From IMG/VR virus record IMGVR_UViG_3300021594_000641, positions 96,001 to 160,000 of that record: a DNA stretch of 64,000 nucleotides, one strand, 5' to 3'. The notes below the pieces were generated by a model. It was not told the origin of the DNA. It was given only the letters and a program-made list of their open reading frames with translations, and did not search any database. Of the stretch, positions 9,500-17,709 are shown in pieces (within the stretch, counting starts at the first letter, position 1; each line of letters opens with the position of its first letter). Origin of the DNA: a virus. The position numbers and the translations under genes were made by a program.

Positions 9500-9500
9500 C

Positions 9501-10085
9501 TTAGTTTCTCGAATAGAAGGCTGAAGGCATGTGTGATTGAAGCATGTGTATTCTGAAGTTTGTGGGTTTGTGCGTTAATCCCACAATACCGTTCTTTGGT
9601 TCGTCGCTTATGTCGAATTCGTCTGGAGCTGCTGATACAAGTGCTCTAAGTATTATATTCTTCCTTATATATTGTTTCTTGTCTGATAGCTCTTTGGCTG
9701 TTATCAGGCTTTTTAGTGTTTCGCTCTTTGCTGCATACTTTAGGGCTGAAGGCTCTTCTTCTAGTCCAGCCAACACGGACAGTTTGTTTGCAAGATAGTT
9801 TGAGCCTAAGGCTCCAAGTATTGCTCCCAAGGCTTTTCCTGGAGTTACAGAACTATCTGTTGATCCTGACAAAGCTCCTCCTACGCCATAACCTCCTATT
9901 GCTCCTGTTCCTGTTGCCAGTCCTTTCATGCCTCCTCGAATAAGGTCTAGTAGCCTTGTGTATTTGTTCTTGCCTTTTCCGCCTGTTGGTTCAGCTAGGG
10001 CTGATCCGGCTATTGTGGTAAGTCCAAGCAAGCCCGCAGCTGGACTAACTGGAAAAATATTTGCGGGTTTTGACTCTTTGCTCAT
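9501..10085 (-). CDS. Hypothetical protein, glycine-zipper N-half plus small globular C-domain
   Basis: 194-aa ORF; GLATGTGAIGGYGVGG, GAILGALG. Confidence 0.7.
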   Translation of the reverse strand: MSKESKPANIFPVSPAAGLLGLTTIAGSALAEPTGGKGKNKYTRLLDLIRGGMKGLATGTGAIGGYGVGGALSGSTDSSVTPGKALGAILGALGSNYLANKLSVLAGLEEEPSALKYAAKSETLKSLITAKELSDKKQYIRKNIILRALVSAAPDEFDISDEPKNGIVGLTHKPTNFRIHMLQSHMPSAFYSRN

Positions 10086-10143
10086 GTTACCGCTTCCATT
10101 AAACCAGTGTGGCTTTGTACTTATGTCTAATTATTAAATCCGT

Positions 10144-10172
10144 TTGCTTGCTTTTTGCTTCCTTTCTACAAT
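10144..10172 (+). promoter_or_regulatory. Sigma70-type promoter for RNR (TTGCTT-17-TACAAT)
   Basis: ttgctt 10144-10149, 17-nt spacer, tacaat 10167-10172, 55 nt before RNR ATG. Confidence 0.6.
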
Positions 10173-10178
10173 CCTCTT

Positions 10179-10205
10179 ACCGCCGCATTTGGCGGTTCTT
10201 TTTTT
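10179..10205 (+). terminator. Intrinsic-terminator-like hairpin in RNR leader
   Basis: accgcc-gcattt-ggcggt followed by tc and T7. Confidence 0.5.
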
Positions 10206-10227
10206 GTTGAGTTGAAAGGGTAGAAAG

Positions 10228-13200
10228 ATGAGTCCTGCAAACAAGTCTAAGGACATTGTCAAGAAAATTGAGTCTAAATTCAAGGTCCAAAAGAGAGGTG
10301 GTGGATCAGAAGACTTCAAGGTCAGCAAGGTTCATAGCGCAATCAAGCGAGCTTTGGTGAATGGAGGTGGTTGGAATCCTGACGAAGCTGAGAAGGAAGC
10401 TGAGAATATCACTAACGCCGTTATCAGTCTTATCGTCAAGACTTTGACTAGTCCTGTTAATGTTGAAAGCATTCAGAATTTGGTAATCCAGCAGCTATGG
10501 GCTTTCAATCGCGACACTGAAGCTACTCATTACACCGTTTACAAGGAAGAAAGGAAGAAGTCGCGTGAGCTTGTTCCTGTGGATGAGAAGATCAAGGCGA
10601 TGATTGCTGATGACGCCAAGAACTTTGATGAGCCTATTCAGTACTTTCAGCTTATTACCAAGTTTGCACGATGGAATGAAAAAGCCAATAGGCGTGAAAC
10701 TTGGCAAGAAGTGTGTGATCGTGTGATTGGCTGGTTTCAAAAGCAGCCAAGACTTAAGAATGTTGAAGAAAGCCAATGGAATGAGTTGTTCAGCTATCTA
10801 TATAACTTGAAAGCAAGCCCTGCTATGCGGGTTGTTCAGATGGCTGGAGCTCCTTTGGACCGATGCAACGTTGGTGTTTTCAACTGCTCTTACTTGCCTA
10901 TCGTTGATTTGTTCTCCTTTGTCGAGCTTCTCTACATTCTTATGCAAGGCACAGGTGCTGGCTTCTCCGTTGAGTCTGCCAACATCGAGCATCTTCCTCG
11001 CATCAAGAGGCAAAAGCTTGCAGAGAAGACCAAGCACATTATTGAAGACTCCACAGAAGGTTGGTGCGATGCCTTACATATGGGGTTGAAGGCTTGGTTT
11101 GAGGGAGATGACATTGATTTTGACTTCAGCAGGATTAGACCTGCTGGGGCAAAGCTCAAGACCAAGGGCGGTAGAAGCTGCGGGCCTGAGCCTCTAAAGG
11201 ATCTTCTGAAGTTTGCCCGCGATTTGATTCTCAAGCGCCAAGGCAAATACCTTACTGAGCTTGATTGCCACGACCTTGCTTGCATGGTTGGCAAGATTGT
11301 TCAGGTTGGAGGCGTAAGGCGTGCAGCTTTGATCTCTCTTTCTGACCTTAGCAGTTCAGAAATGCGTGAAGCCAAGAGTGGAGCATGGTGGCAAAACCAC
11401 GTTCACCGTTCCATGGCCAACAACTCTGCCGTGTATGACAGCAAACCAAGCGATGTTGCCTTCATGGACGAGTGGCTCAGCCTGGCAAAGTCTGGTTCTG
11501 GAGAGCGAGGTATCTTCAATCGCGATGGTGTTTTGAAGATGTTGCCCAAACGACGCAAGAAAGCCAAGTTTGGAACCAACCCTTGCTTTCATCCAGACAC
11601 AAGAATCTTCTGTAGCGAAGGTCTGATGCGCATTGTTGACCTTTACGAGCTAGGCATGGAGGTGAACGTAACTGTTGACAACCGTGAAAAGCCTGGAGAG
11701 ATCGTTGTCGGTGTGGATTTGAAGGCAGCTAGCCAAGTTGAGCTGACTCAAACCCAGGCCAAGGTCTTCAGGCTGACAACGGAGCACGGTCATGAGATCG
11801 TTTGCACCGAAAATCATGAGTTTCCAACCGCCAAGGGGCGTAAGCAACTTAAAGATTTGAAGGCTGGAGACACTCTGTGCCTTCAATCTGACGAGGGTTT
11901 CTTCGGTCCTTACGGCGATTACAAGACAGGAGTGCTTCTTGGAGTGGTTGCCGGTGCTGGAAAGGTAGAAACCAACGACAGAAGGCTTAAAACCTTGTCC
12001 ATAGAGGACTTCCTGTCTGACATGGACAACATGGACATGGTTGATGACTGCCTTACAGCCGTCGGAAAGCGCGGGAACAAGCACAAGACCGCAAATGTGC
12101 GCACCCAGCCCAAGATGTCTGGCATGGTTTTCACCAACAGAGTGGCGGAGATGGCTTATTTGAGCGATACGTCCGAGATGAAGACGTCAATTCCTGAAAC
12201 TGTAATGCGCGGAAAGCGTTCTATGGTCGCAGGTTACTTGTCGGCTGTCATGTCCAGCGCTTCCAGGGTCATTTCCACCCGTGAAAATGACGCTCAGAGC
12301 TTCATGATGCAGATTGACAGCCCGTCAAAGAGCTTCCTTCTTGGTTTGCAGATGCTTTTTGCCAACTTTGGCGTTGTTGCCAGGGTTGCAAAGAGGTCTG
12401 GCAAGACAAATAACATAGGAATGCTTCGTGACGTCAATCCAAGCAATGACGATAAGGTCAGTTTGATCCTAAACAGGACAAATTGCGCCATCGCCTATGA
12501 GAGGATTGGCGTTTCTGGTCTTCCTGGCTCCATCCTTAGTGATTTTCTTGGCAACACCAAGACCTGGATGGCTGACAGAGACGAGAAATACGTCACGAAG
12601 GTCAAGGAAATCCGTCCTGACGGCTTCTCTGACGTATATTGCCTCAACCAACCAGAGACTCACAACGTTATAGCCAACGGTGTGGTCGCTGGAAACTGCG
12701 CTGAGATCATTTTGAGGCCACACGAGTTCTGCAATCTCACAATTGTTATTGCAAGACCCAACGATACGGCTGAAACTCTTAAAGAGAAGATCCGCATTGC
12801 CACTATTTTCGGCACCATGCAAGCCAGCTGCACAAACTTCAAGTACATTCGCAATGAATGGCACAAGAACTGTGAAGAAGAGGCGTTGCTTGGCGTCGAT
12901 ATCACTGGACAGATGGACTGTCCTCTTCTTAGACCTGACGCTGAAGGCCGTGAAAAGCTTCTTGAGGAGCTTAAGGGCGTGGTCGCCAAGACTAACGAGG
13001 AGTGGGCTAAGAAAATCGGCATCAACAGGGCTGCAGCCGACACTTGCGTCAAGCCTAGTGGCGATAGCAGCCAGTTCTACAACTGTGGTTCAGGCATACA
13101 CGCCTGGTTTGGTAAGTTCTTCGTCAGAAGGGTTCGCGAACGTCGCGATAGCCCTGTGGCGAGAATGCTAATGGACCAGGGAGTGCCTTGGATGGTAGCT

Positions 13201-13611
13201 CCTGAAGACCCATCCTTGGTTTGTTTTGAGTTCCCACGTAAAGCGCCGGAAGGAGCGTTGACACGCCATGATCAAACCGCGATCGACCAACTGGAGAATT
13301 GGCTTGTATGGAAGAAGCATTTTGCGGAGCACTCAGTGTCAGCCACTATATATGTGGAAGACGGAGAGTGGCTCGAAGCTGGTCTCTGGGTCCACAAGCA
13401 TTTCGATGAAGTTAGCGGCGTCAGCTTTCTGCCTAGGGATAACGGTACTTACACTGGTACTCCCTATGAGGAGATCACCGAAGAAGAGTACAACAAGAGA
13501 CTGGCTGCGCTGCCTGAGATCGATTGGTCCAAGCTGGTACGGTATGAAACCGAAGACATGACTGTGGGTTCTCAAACCTACGCATGTACTGCCGGCGGTT
13601 GTGATTTCTGA
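10228..13611 (+). CDS. nrdJ: Class II (adenosylcobalamin-dependent, monomeric RTPR-like) ribonucleotide reductase with ATP-cone and intein
   Basis: N-terminal ATP-cone (VQKR.G..EDF), PAMR, FNCS, GGVRRAA, split NP/CAEI, VKPSG, HSVSAT, C-terminal CxxxxC (CTAGGCDF). Confidence 0.93.
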   Translation: MSPANKSKDIVKKIESKFKVQKRGGGSEDFKVSKVHSAIKRALVNGGGWNPDEAEKEAENITNAVISLIVKTLTSPVNVESIQNLVIQQLWAFNRDTEATHYTVYKEERKKSRELVPVDEKIKAMIADDAKNFDEPIQYFQLITKFARWNEKANRRETWQEVCDRVIGWFQKQPRLKNVEESQWNELFSYLYNLKASPAMRVVQMAGAPLDRCNVGVFNCSYLPIVDLFSFVELLYILMQGTGAGFSVESANIEHLPRIKRQKLAEKTKHIIEDSTEGWCDALHMGLKAWFEGDDIDFDFSRIRPAGAKLKTKGGRSCGPEPLKDLLKFARDLILKRQGKYLTELDCHDLACMVGKIVQVGGVRRAALISLSDLSSSEMREAKSGAWWQNHVHRSMANNSAVYDSKPSDVAFMDEWLSLAKSGSGERGIFNRDGVLKMLPKRRKKAKFGTNPCFHPDTRIFCSEGLMRIVDLYELGMEVNVTVDNREKPGEIVVGVDLKAASQVELTQTQAKVFRLTTEHGHEIVCTENHEFPTAKGRKQLKDLKAGDTLCLQSDEGFFGPYGDYKTGVLLGVVAGAGKVETNDRRLKTLSIEDFLSDMDNMDMVDDCLTAVGKRGNKHKTANVRTQPKMSGMVFTNRVAEMAYLSDTSEMKTSIPETVMRGKRSMVAGYLSAVMSSASRVISTRENDAQSFMMQIDSPSKSFLLGLQMLFANFGVVARVAKRSGKTNNIGMLRDVNPSNDDKVSLILNRTNCAIAYERIGVSGLPGSILSDFLGNTKTWMADRDEKYVTKVKEIRPDGFSDVYCLNQPETHNVIANGVVAGNCAEIILRPHEFCNLTIVIARPNDTAETLKEKIRIATIFGTMQASCTNFKYIRNEWHKNCEEEALLGVDITGQMDCPLLRPDAEGREKLLEELKGVVAKTNEEWAKKIGINRAAADTCVKPSGDSSQFYNCGSGIHAWFGKFFVRRVRERRDSPVARMLMDQGVPWMVAPEDPSLVCFEFPRKAPEGALTRHDQTAIDQLENWLVWKKHFAEHSVSATIYVEDGEWLEAGLWVHKHFDEVSGVSFLPRDNGTYTGTPYEEITEEEYNKRLAALPEIDWSKLVRYETEDMTVGSQTYACTAGGCDF
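11584..12696 (+). mobile_element. Intein (371 aa) inserted before the catalytic Cys of NPCxE; degenerate LAGLIDADG domain
   Basis: GTNP/CFHPDT at N-junction, block F/G VYCLNQPETHNVIANGVVAGN/CAEI at C-junction; removal restores NPCAEI. Confidence 0.92.
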
Positions 13612-13622
13612 AGTTAGCTGAT

Positions 13623-13670
13623 AGCTAAAAAAAAAGAGTGTAGCTTAAAAGCTACACTCTTTTTTTAGCT
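13623..13670. terminator. Bidirectional intrinsic terminator between convergent RNR and 13665..14027
   Basis: A9-GAGTGTAGCT-TAAA-AGCTACACTC-T7 with AGCT at both outer ends. Confidence 0.85.
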
Positions 13671-14027
13671 GTCCATGGCATCTTTAATAGCTTTTCTCCA
13701 AACGTCTTTTTTTATGTGCATGTCTTCATATAAGTTTAGCGAAAATCCTAGTTCTTCATTGGCCTCCTCTAGAAAAATAATAACAGAATCACCGTCTTTA
13801 CCGTAGCCAACATCGTTCTTAATTTCTTCTTCGTCGCCATCGATTCCAAGAACTGTTACGTTGTAACAGTGGTCTTTAACTCTACCGACTACTATCTGCG
13901 CTGCAAATTTAATCCTTTCTTCTATTGGCAATTTTAAGAGCCTGGCTCGCTCCTTCGCCAGGGAACAGATCTCCCTAAGCTCTTTAGAGCTTGTAGCCGC
14001 TATCCAATTCTTATTAGGCTGTGTCAT
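13665..14027 (-). CDS. Hypothetical protein
   Basis: 120-aa ORF, SD AGGAGAAGG. Confidence 0.75.
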   Translation of the reverse strand: MTQPNKNWIAATSSKELREICSLAKERARLLKLPIEERIKFAAQIVVGRVKDHCYNVTVLGIDGDEEEIKNDVGYGKDGDSVIIFLEEANEELGFSLNLYEDMHIKKDVWRKAIKDAMDS

Positions 14028-14063
14028 AAGATCCTTCTCCTAGGGGTTAAAAAAAGCCAGGCA

Positions 14064-14091
14064 GGGAGTGCAGTTTTTAGGCTACACTCCC
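14064..14091. repeat. Hairpin copy 2 of GAGTGTAGC..GCTACACTC family
   Basis: gggagtgcagtttttaggctacactccc, just downstream of 14100..14213. Confidence 0.75.
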
Positions 14092-14099
14092 CATTTGGT

Positions 14100-14213
14100 T
14101 TACATTTGTTTCCATGCTACCCACAGCACGACATTAGCCACCAAAAGGTATGTGACCAACGCCACTGGAATCATCACAAAAAGACAACTAGCCAAATCAA
14201 ATTTCTTAAACAT
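14100..14213 (-). CDS. 37-aa single-pass membrane miniprotein
   Basis: Not in ORF track; AGGAGG-tagtgccATG; MFKKFDLASCLFVMIPVALVTYLLVANVVLWVAWKQM. Confidence 0.75.
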   Translation of the reverse strand: MFKKFDLASCLFVMIPVALVTYLLVANVVLWVAWKQM

Positions 14214-14265
14214 GGCACTACCTCCTAACAAATCACCGACTACCGAAGTGATAGGTGGCGATCAG

Positions 14266-14300
14266 CACAGGATTATGCCGCTTATACGCGTTTACTTAAG
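14266..14300 (-). promoter_or_regulatory. Conserved promoter motif copy (TTAAGT-16-CATAAT-N4-TG)
   Basis: Minus strand TTAAGTAAACGCGTATAAGCGGCATAATCCTGTG. Confidence 0.65.
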
Positions 14301-14331
14301 TAGCTGATAGCTAAAAGAAAACCCGGAGGGT

Positions 14332-14362
14332 GGGGAGTGTAGCTTTTAGGCTACACTCCCCA
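14332..14362. terminator. Hairpin copy 3 of GAGTGTAGC family, followed on minus strand by T-tract and AGCTATCAG
   Basis: ggggagtgtagc-ttttag-gctacactcccc, 7 nt after stop of 14369 gene. Confidence 0.8.
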
Positions 14363-14368
14363 TCGGGG

Positions 14369-14959
14369 TTATAGGTTTTTAAGCGCATGATTTAACATGC
14401 GTTTCGCCTCCCCCTCCGATATGACGGCATCACCGCCGCCATCGATTTCGATATGGTAGGTGTTATCTACCGTCTCAACGATGTATATGGTGGGGGACAC
14501 TCGATATACCCTCCTGGTTGGGTGGTAGTACCCCTCCGGAGGAGGGGGCACTTGAAGCCTGGCGAAATCTTCAACCTCCAAAGCTGAAGCCCTTGCGATG
14601 AGAGCCTCGGCTTCGTTGATCATTGCGAGGTAGTCTGGGTACGCCCCAGATTCCTCGAAGGAATATGCAGGGGCCAGCGCCGATGGCCCCCAGACCTTCC
14701 TGTGGACCCATCTTTCCCGCACATAATAGGCGGCGGTCCTTAAGGCCTCAGCCTTCTTGCGAAGGCCCACGGAGGATTCGGCAAATGCCGCATCAGCTGC
14801 GGCCTTGACGACGAAGGCCCGCGCAGCCTCCAGATCCCTCAGGTTCGCCGCCGCCTGGGCTGCCGCCTCTGCCTCGCGCTGGATTTTGACGCGGTTTTCC
14901 GCGTCAATGCCAATGAGGCGGATTTTTGACTTCAGGGCCCGAAATTTAGCGTTGTTCAT
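14369..14959 (-). CDS. Hypothetical protein (Ala-rich helical N-half)
   Basis: Start moved to gccATG at 14959 (MNNAKF); GC-rich codons. Confidence 0.7.
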   Translation of the reverse strand: MNNAKFRALKSKIRLIGIDAENRVKIQREAEAAAQAAANLRDLEAARAFVVKAAADAAFAESSVGLRKKAEALRTAAYYVRERWVHRKVWGPSALAPAYSFEESGAYPDYLAMINEAEALIARASALEVEDFARLQVPPPPEGYYHPTRRVYRVSPTIYIVETVDNTYHIEIDGGGDAVISEGEAKRMLNHALKNL

Positions 14960-15016
14960 GGCCTGTACCCCAATAGGCACGCCCACACATCTCAGTTGTG
15001 TGAGGGCTATACCTAT

Positions 15017-15562
15017 TCATATTAATATGACGTGTTTTTGTTGGGCAACGTTACCACCCCAGTCGTCAACGAGAGTTGAAACATCGTCTTTGAAGAGAGG
15101 CCTGAAAGCCTCTCCCAAGAACCTTGAGGGTTTTCCTGTCCCGGTATCCCAGGAAAGGCAACTCATGTGGTCATGGGCCTCCACCTGGACCCACCGCCCC
15201 TCCGTGGCCCAGCCAGTCCACCACACCCTAAGGTGAGCGCCGTCCGGTCCTCCAGTTTTGTGAGAATACACAAATCGGGCAGCCGAGGAGCCATCCCCTC
15301 GGTTTCGGTGATAGTACCAGTTCGCCTCCTGGAGGAGGTGAAAGTAGTCATTGACCACTTTCACCTCCTCCGGAACCCCGTACCAGAAAGGAGGAAGGGT
15401 CACTCCTTTCTTTTGGAGGATTATGCTGCTGAAGATCGTCAGCAGCGCCTCCATGAACTGACCCACCCGACGGCGTGCGTCGATATCAGCCGCCATAGCG
15501 CGGCAGGCGACCCAGCCATGGGCCTGGAGAAGCTGGTTGTAGCAGGCGTTGTCCATATTCAT
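15017..15562 (-). CDS. Hypothetical Trp-rich protein
   Basis: Start moved to ATG 15562 (MNMDNAC) after GGAG; the promoter motif at 15620-15633 lies upstream. Confidence 0.65.
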   Translation of the reverse strand: MNMDNACYNQLLQAHGWVACRAMAADIDARRRVGQFMEALLTIFSSIILQKKGVTLPPFWYGVPEEVKVVNDYFHLLQEANWYYHRNRGDGSSAARFVYSHKTGGPDGAHLRVWWTGWATEGRWVQVEAHDHMSCLSWDTGTGKPSRFLGEAFRPLFKDDVSTLVDDWGGNVAQQKHVILI

Positions 15563-15619
15563 GGTCAAGACTCCACTAGGCACTCTACACCTCTCAGTTG
15601 GGTAGTAGATATACCTATG

Positions 15620-15656
15620 CATCTGATTATGACTTTTATTAGTGCAGTAATTAAAC
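15620..15656 (-). promoter_or_regulatory. Conserved promoter motif copy (TTAATT-17-CATAAT-N4-TG)
   Basis: Minus strand TTAATTACTGCACTAATAAAAGTCATAATCAGATG. Confidence 0.65.
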
Positions 15657-15717
15657 ACTGGCTGATAGCTAAAAAAGGACTTACGTGATGAGCGCCTTAG
15701 CGCTCTCACTGCCTTTG

Positions 15718-15867
15718 TTAGTTGAATTCGCAGGGGCTTGTAACCTCTGCTATTCTTGCTTCCCAGTCTTCTGCCTGGCACAGGTCCAAGCAGAAAGAAA
15801 GGAAAAGCCCAAAAACAAAAGCCGCCAACAGAATGGCGGCTGGAATGAAAAGACCTTCCTTGGTCAT
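15718..15867 (-). CDS. 49-aa membrane miniprotein
   Basis: Not in ORF track; AGGAGG-cccgctATG; MTKEGLFIPAAILLAAFVFGLFLSFCLDLCQAEDWEARIAEVTSPCEFN. Confidence 0.7.
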   Translation of the reverse strand: MTKEGLFIPAAILLAAFVFGLFLSFCLDLCQAEDWEARIAEVTSPCEFN

Positions 15868-15877
15868 AGCGGGCCTC

Positions 15878-16069
15878 CTAGCCCTTAAAAAGGATACGGA
15901 AGTATCCTGCGGAAGTGGAGAAAACCACTTCCTTCAGAACTTCCGTCTTGTCTCCCAAGAGACAGTCGACCCCCTCTGGGTCGCTTCTTACCTCCTGTAG
16001 GGCCTTTACCAAAACAGACTCAAGAAGAGGAAGCGTTTCCTCTCCTGAAAGAATCCTTCCGTTTTTCAT
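15878..16069 (-). CDS. Hypothetical small protein
   Basis: Start at ATG 16069 after GAGGG; downstream of promoter motif. Confidence 0.6.
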   Translation of the reverse strand: MKNGRILSGEETLPLLESVLVKALQEVRSDPEGVDCLLGDKTEVLKEVVFSTSAGYFRILFKG

Positions 16070-16112
16070 GGTCTGACCCTCAATAGCAAAAGGCACAATG
16101 CCTATATGCTTT

Positions 16113-16147
16113 CAAGTTATTATGACAAGTATTCAGTTTGAATTAAA
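16113..16147 (-). promoter_or_regulatory. Conserved promoter motif copy (TTAATT-16-CATAAT-N4-TG)
   Basis: Minus strand TTAATTCAAACTGAATACTTGTCATAATAACTTG. Confidence 0.65.
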
Positions 16148-16162
16148 TAAAAACTGATAGCT

Positions 16163-16196
16163 AAAAAAAAGCAGCAACGGGAAATCCCGCTGCTGC
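16163..16196 (-). terminator. Intrinsic terminator after 16215..16538
   Basis: gcagcagcggga-ttt-cccgttgctgc followed by T8 then AGCTATCAG on minus strand. Confidence 0.8.
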
Positions 16197-16214
16197 CTTG
16201 AGAAGCTGGGAAAG

Positions 16215-16538
16215 CTATTCAAACTTTCCCAGCTTCTCTCCAACCTCTTCAAGAGCGTAGAGGTTGGTCCTGGCGATAAACGCCAGGCGGGTCATGTCGA
16301 CCCAGCCCTGTCGGGCTTTTGGGTCGAGCGGGTATTTCTCCCGCTGAAGACGGCGCGACCTCAGCCGCTTTTCAATTCGGCTGAGCTGGACGTAGCCATC
16401 CGTCAGGATGGACATCCAGGCCTCGCGGATGTCGTCCGCGTCTGCGCCTGGAAGGCTGTCCTTCACCCTCTTGAGGAGGGAGTCCGCCAATTTCTTGGCG
16501 GCTTCCCTCACTCGGTCCACTGTCCTTTCACTTTCCAC
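16215..16538 (-). CDS. Hypothetical helical protein
   Basis: 107-aa ORF, GTG start overlapping upstream stop. Confidence 0.6.
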   Translation of the reverse strand: MESERTVDRVREAAKKLADSLLKRVKDSLPGADADDIREAWMSILTDGYVQLSRIEKRLRSRRLQREKYPLDPKARQGWVDMTRLAFIARTNLYALEEVGEKLGKFE

Positions 16539-16767
16539 AACCGCACCTCCATCCTTGGAGAAAAACCCGCAGCTCGACAGAGCATACGGGGCATATTATC
16601 CTTGAGGCCGACGGGGCCTCGGGGTCGAGATCAATCTTGACCTCGGCCCAGCTAGGATTACCAACCGGGTCGACAGGAGGACCCTGCTCCTCCTCCTGTC
16701 TGGAAAGCTCGTCTTGAGCTTTCATCCGGGGCCAGTCGTTTCTGGCCTCTTCTTTCTTTCTGCTCAC
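16528..16767 (-). CDS. Small protein with C-terminal zinc ribbon
   Basis: GAGGAGG SD then GTG; CPVC...CGCG. Confidence 0.65.
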   Translation of the reverse strand: MSRKKEEARNDWPRMKAQDELSRQEEEQGPPVDPVGNPSWAEVKIDLDPEAPSASRIICPVCSVELRVFLQGWRCGCGK

Positions 16768-16776
16768 AGTTCCTCC

Positions 16777-16926
16777 TCACTGTGAAAGGCGAAGACGGAT
16801 TTCTCCATCGCTCGCCTTGTAAGAGAAGTCCAGCTCGACGCGAACTGGACTAGGCTGAGTTCTGGTTGCCTGACACCCAGTCAGACCAACGATAACCAGA
16901 GCCAGCAAAACACTCATCCTGAGCAT
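16777..16926 (-). CDS. 49-aa lipoprotein
   Basis: Not in ORF track; AAGGAGG SD; MLRMSVLLALVIVGLTG/CQATRTQPSPVRVELDFSYKASDGEIRLRLSQ with lipobox LTGC. Confidence 0.75.
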   Translation of the reverse strand: MLRMSVLLALVIVGLTGCQATRTQPSPVRVELDFSYKASDGEIRLRLSQ

Positions 16927-16970
16927 GGCGGTGCCCTCCTTGGCTTCCGCTATCGAGGGATAACGGACAC

Positions 16971-17004
16971 CAAAGTATTATGCCGCTTTTGCTTGTTTAA
17001 TTAA
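16971..17004 (-). promoter_or_regulatory. Conserved promoter motif copy (TTAATT-16-CATAAT-N4-TG)
   Basis: Minus strand TTAATTAAACAAGCAAAAGCGGCATAATACTTTG. Confidence 0.65.
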
Positions 17005-17687
17005 GTTTCTATCTTTTCAAGCATCTTGCTTATTATTGGATGCCTTACGATGCTTGTCGCAGGCATGTTGACAACGGCCAAACCTTCTATTCCCTGAAGC
17101 CTTTCAACCATAGGCATAAGCCCAGAGTCTCTACCTATATCAGATTGATACGGATCTCCAGTAATTATCATCTTTGTTCTTTTGCCTATTCTTGTGAGAA
17201 CAAGCTTTATCTGCTCCCATGTGCAGTTTTGAAACTCATCACATATCACAACTGAGTAAGCAAACGTTCTTCCTCTTAGATAGGCTATCGGAGAAAACTC
17301 TATGGATTCTATTACTCTCTTGTGATCAACGCCGCCTTTACCCATGCACATTTCCATGCAATCAATTATCGGCGCTAGGTAAGGGGCTATCTTTTCATCT
17401 GCCGTGCCTGGAAGAAAACCCAGGCTTTCGGTGGCTACGCACGGTCTTGTGAGAACTATCTTTCTTTGTCTTTTACCCAGTATGCTGCTTGCGGCATATG
17501 CTGAAGCTACTTGAGTTTTACCGCAACCGGCTGGACCAATTAGAAATGTTATGTCGTTCTTTTCAATAGTTTCCCAGGCCAGCTTTTGAGTTTCGTTATA
17601 GAATGTGAAGTTATATTTATTTATTGTTTTATCCACAGGAGGCTGAGGTCTTGTTTCTATTTCAACTTTGTTTTTCTTTCTTGACAT
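17001..17687 (-). CDS. phoH: PhoH family ATPase
   Basis: GPAGCGKT Walker A, TRP, LGFLPG, YLRGRTF, DEFQN, LTRIG, GDPYQSD, VRHP. Confidence 0.95.
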   Translation of the reverse strand: MSRKKNKVEIETRPQPPVDKTINKYNFTFYNETQKLAWETIEKNDITFLIGPAGCGKTQVASAYAASSILGKRQRKIVLTRPCVATESLGFLPGTADEKIAPYLAPIIDCMEMCMGKGGVDHKRVIESIEFSPIAYLRGRTFAYSVVICDEFQNCTWEQIKLVLTRIGKRTKMIITGDPYQSDIGRDSGLMPMVERLQGIEGLAVVNMPATSIVRHPIISKMLEKIET

Positions 17688-17709
17688 GTGGTGTTTGCAA
17701 CCTCCTTTC

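Noticed and set aside
10086-10227. Cobalamin riboswitch upstream of class II RNR
   Set aside because: Leader after the predicted TSS is about 50 nt, too short, and no conserved B12-element motifs were seen
10495-13575. Minus-strand ORFs inside nrdJ
   Set aside because: Antisense shadows of a well-supported gene
15563-15781. Long N-terminal extension of ORF 15017..15781
   Set aside because: It spans a promoter motif, a terminator junction and an SD-led 49-aa gene; start at 15562 is better supported
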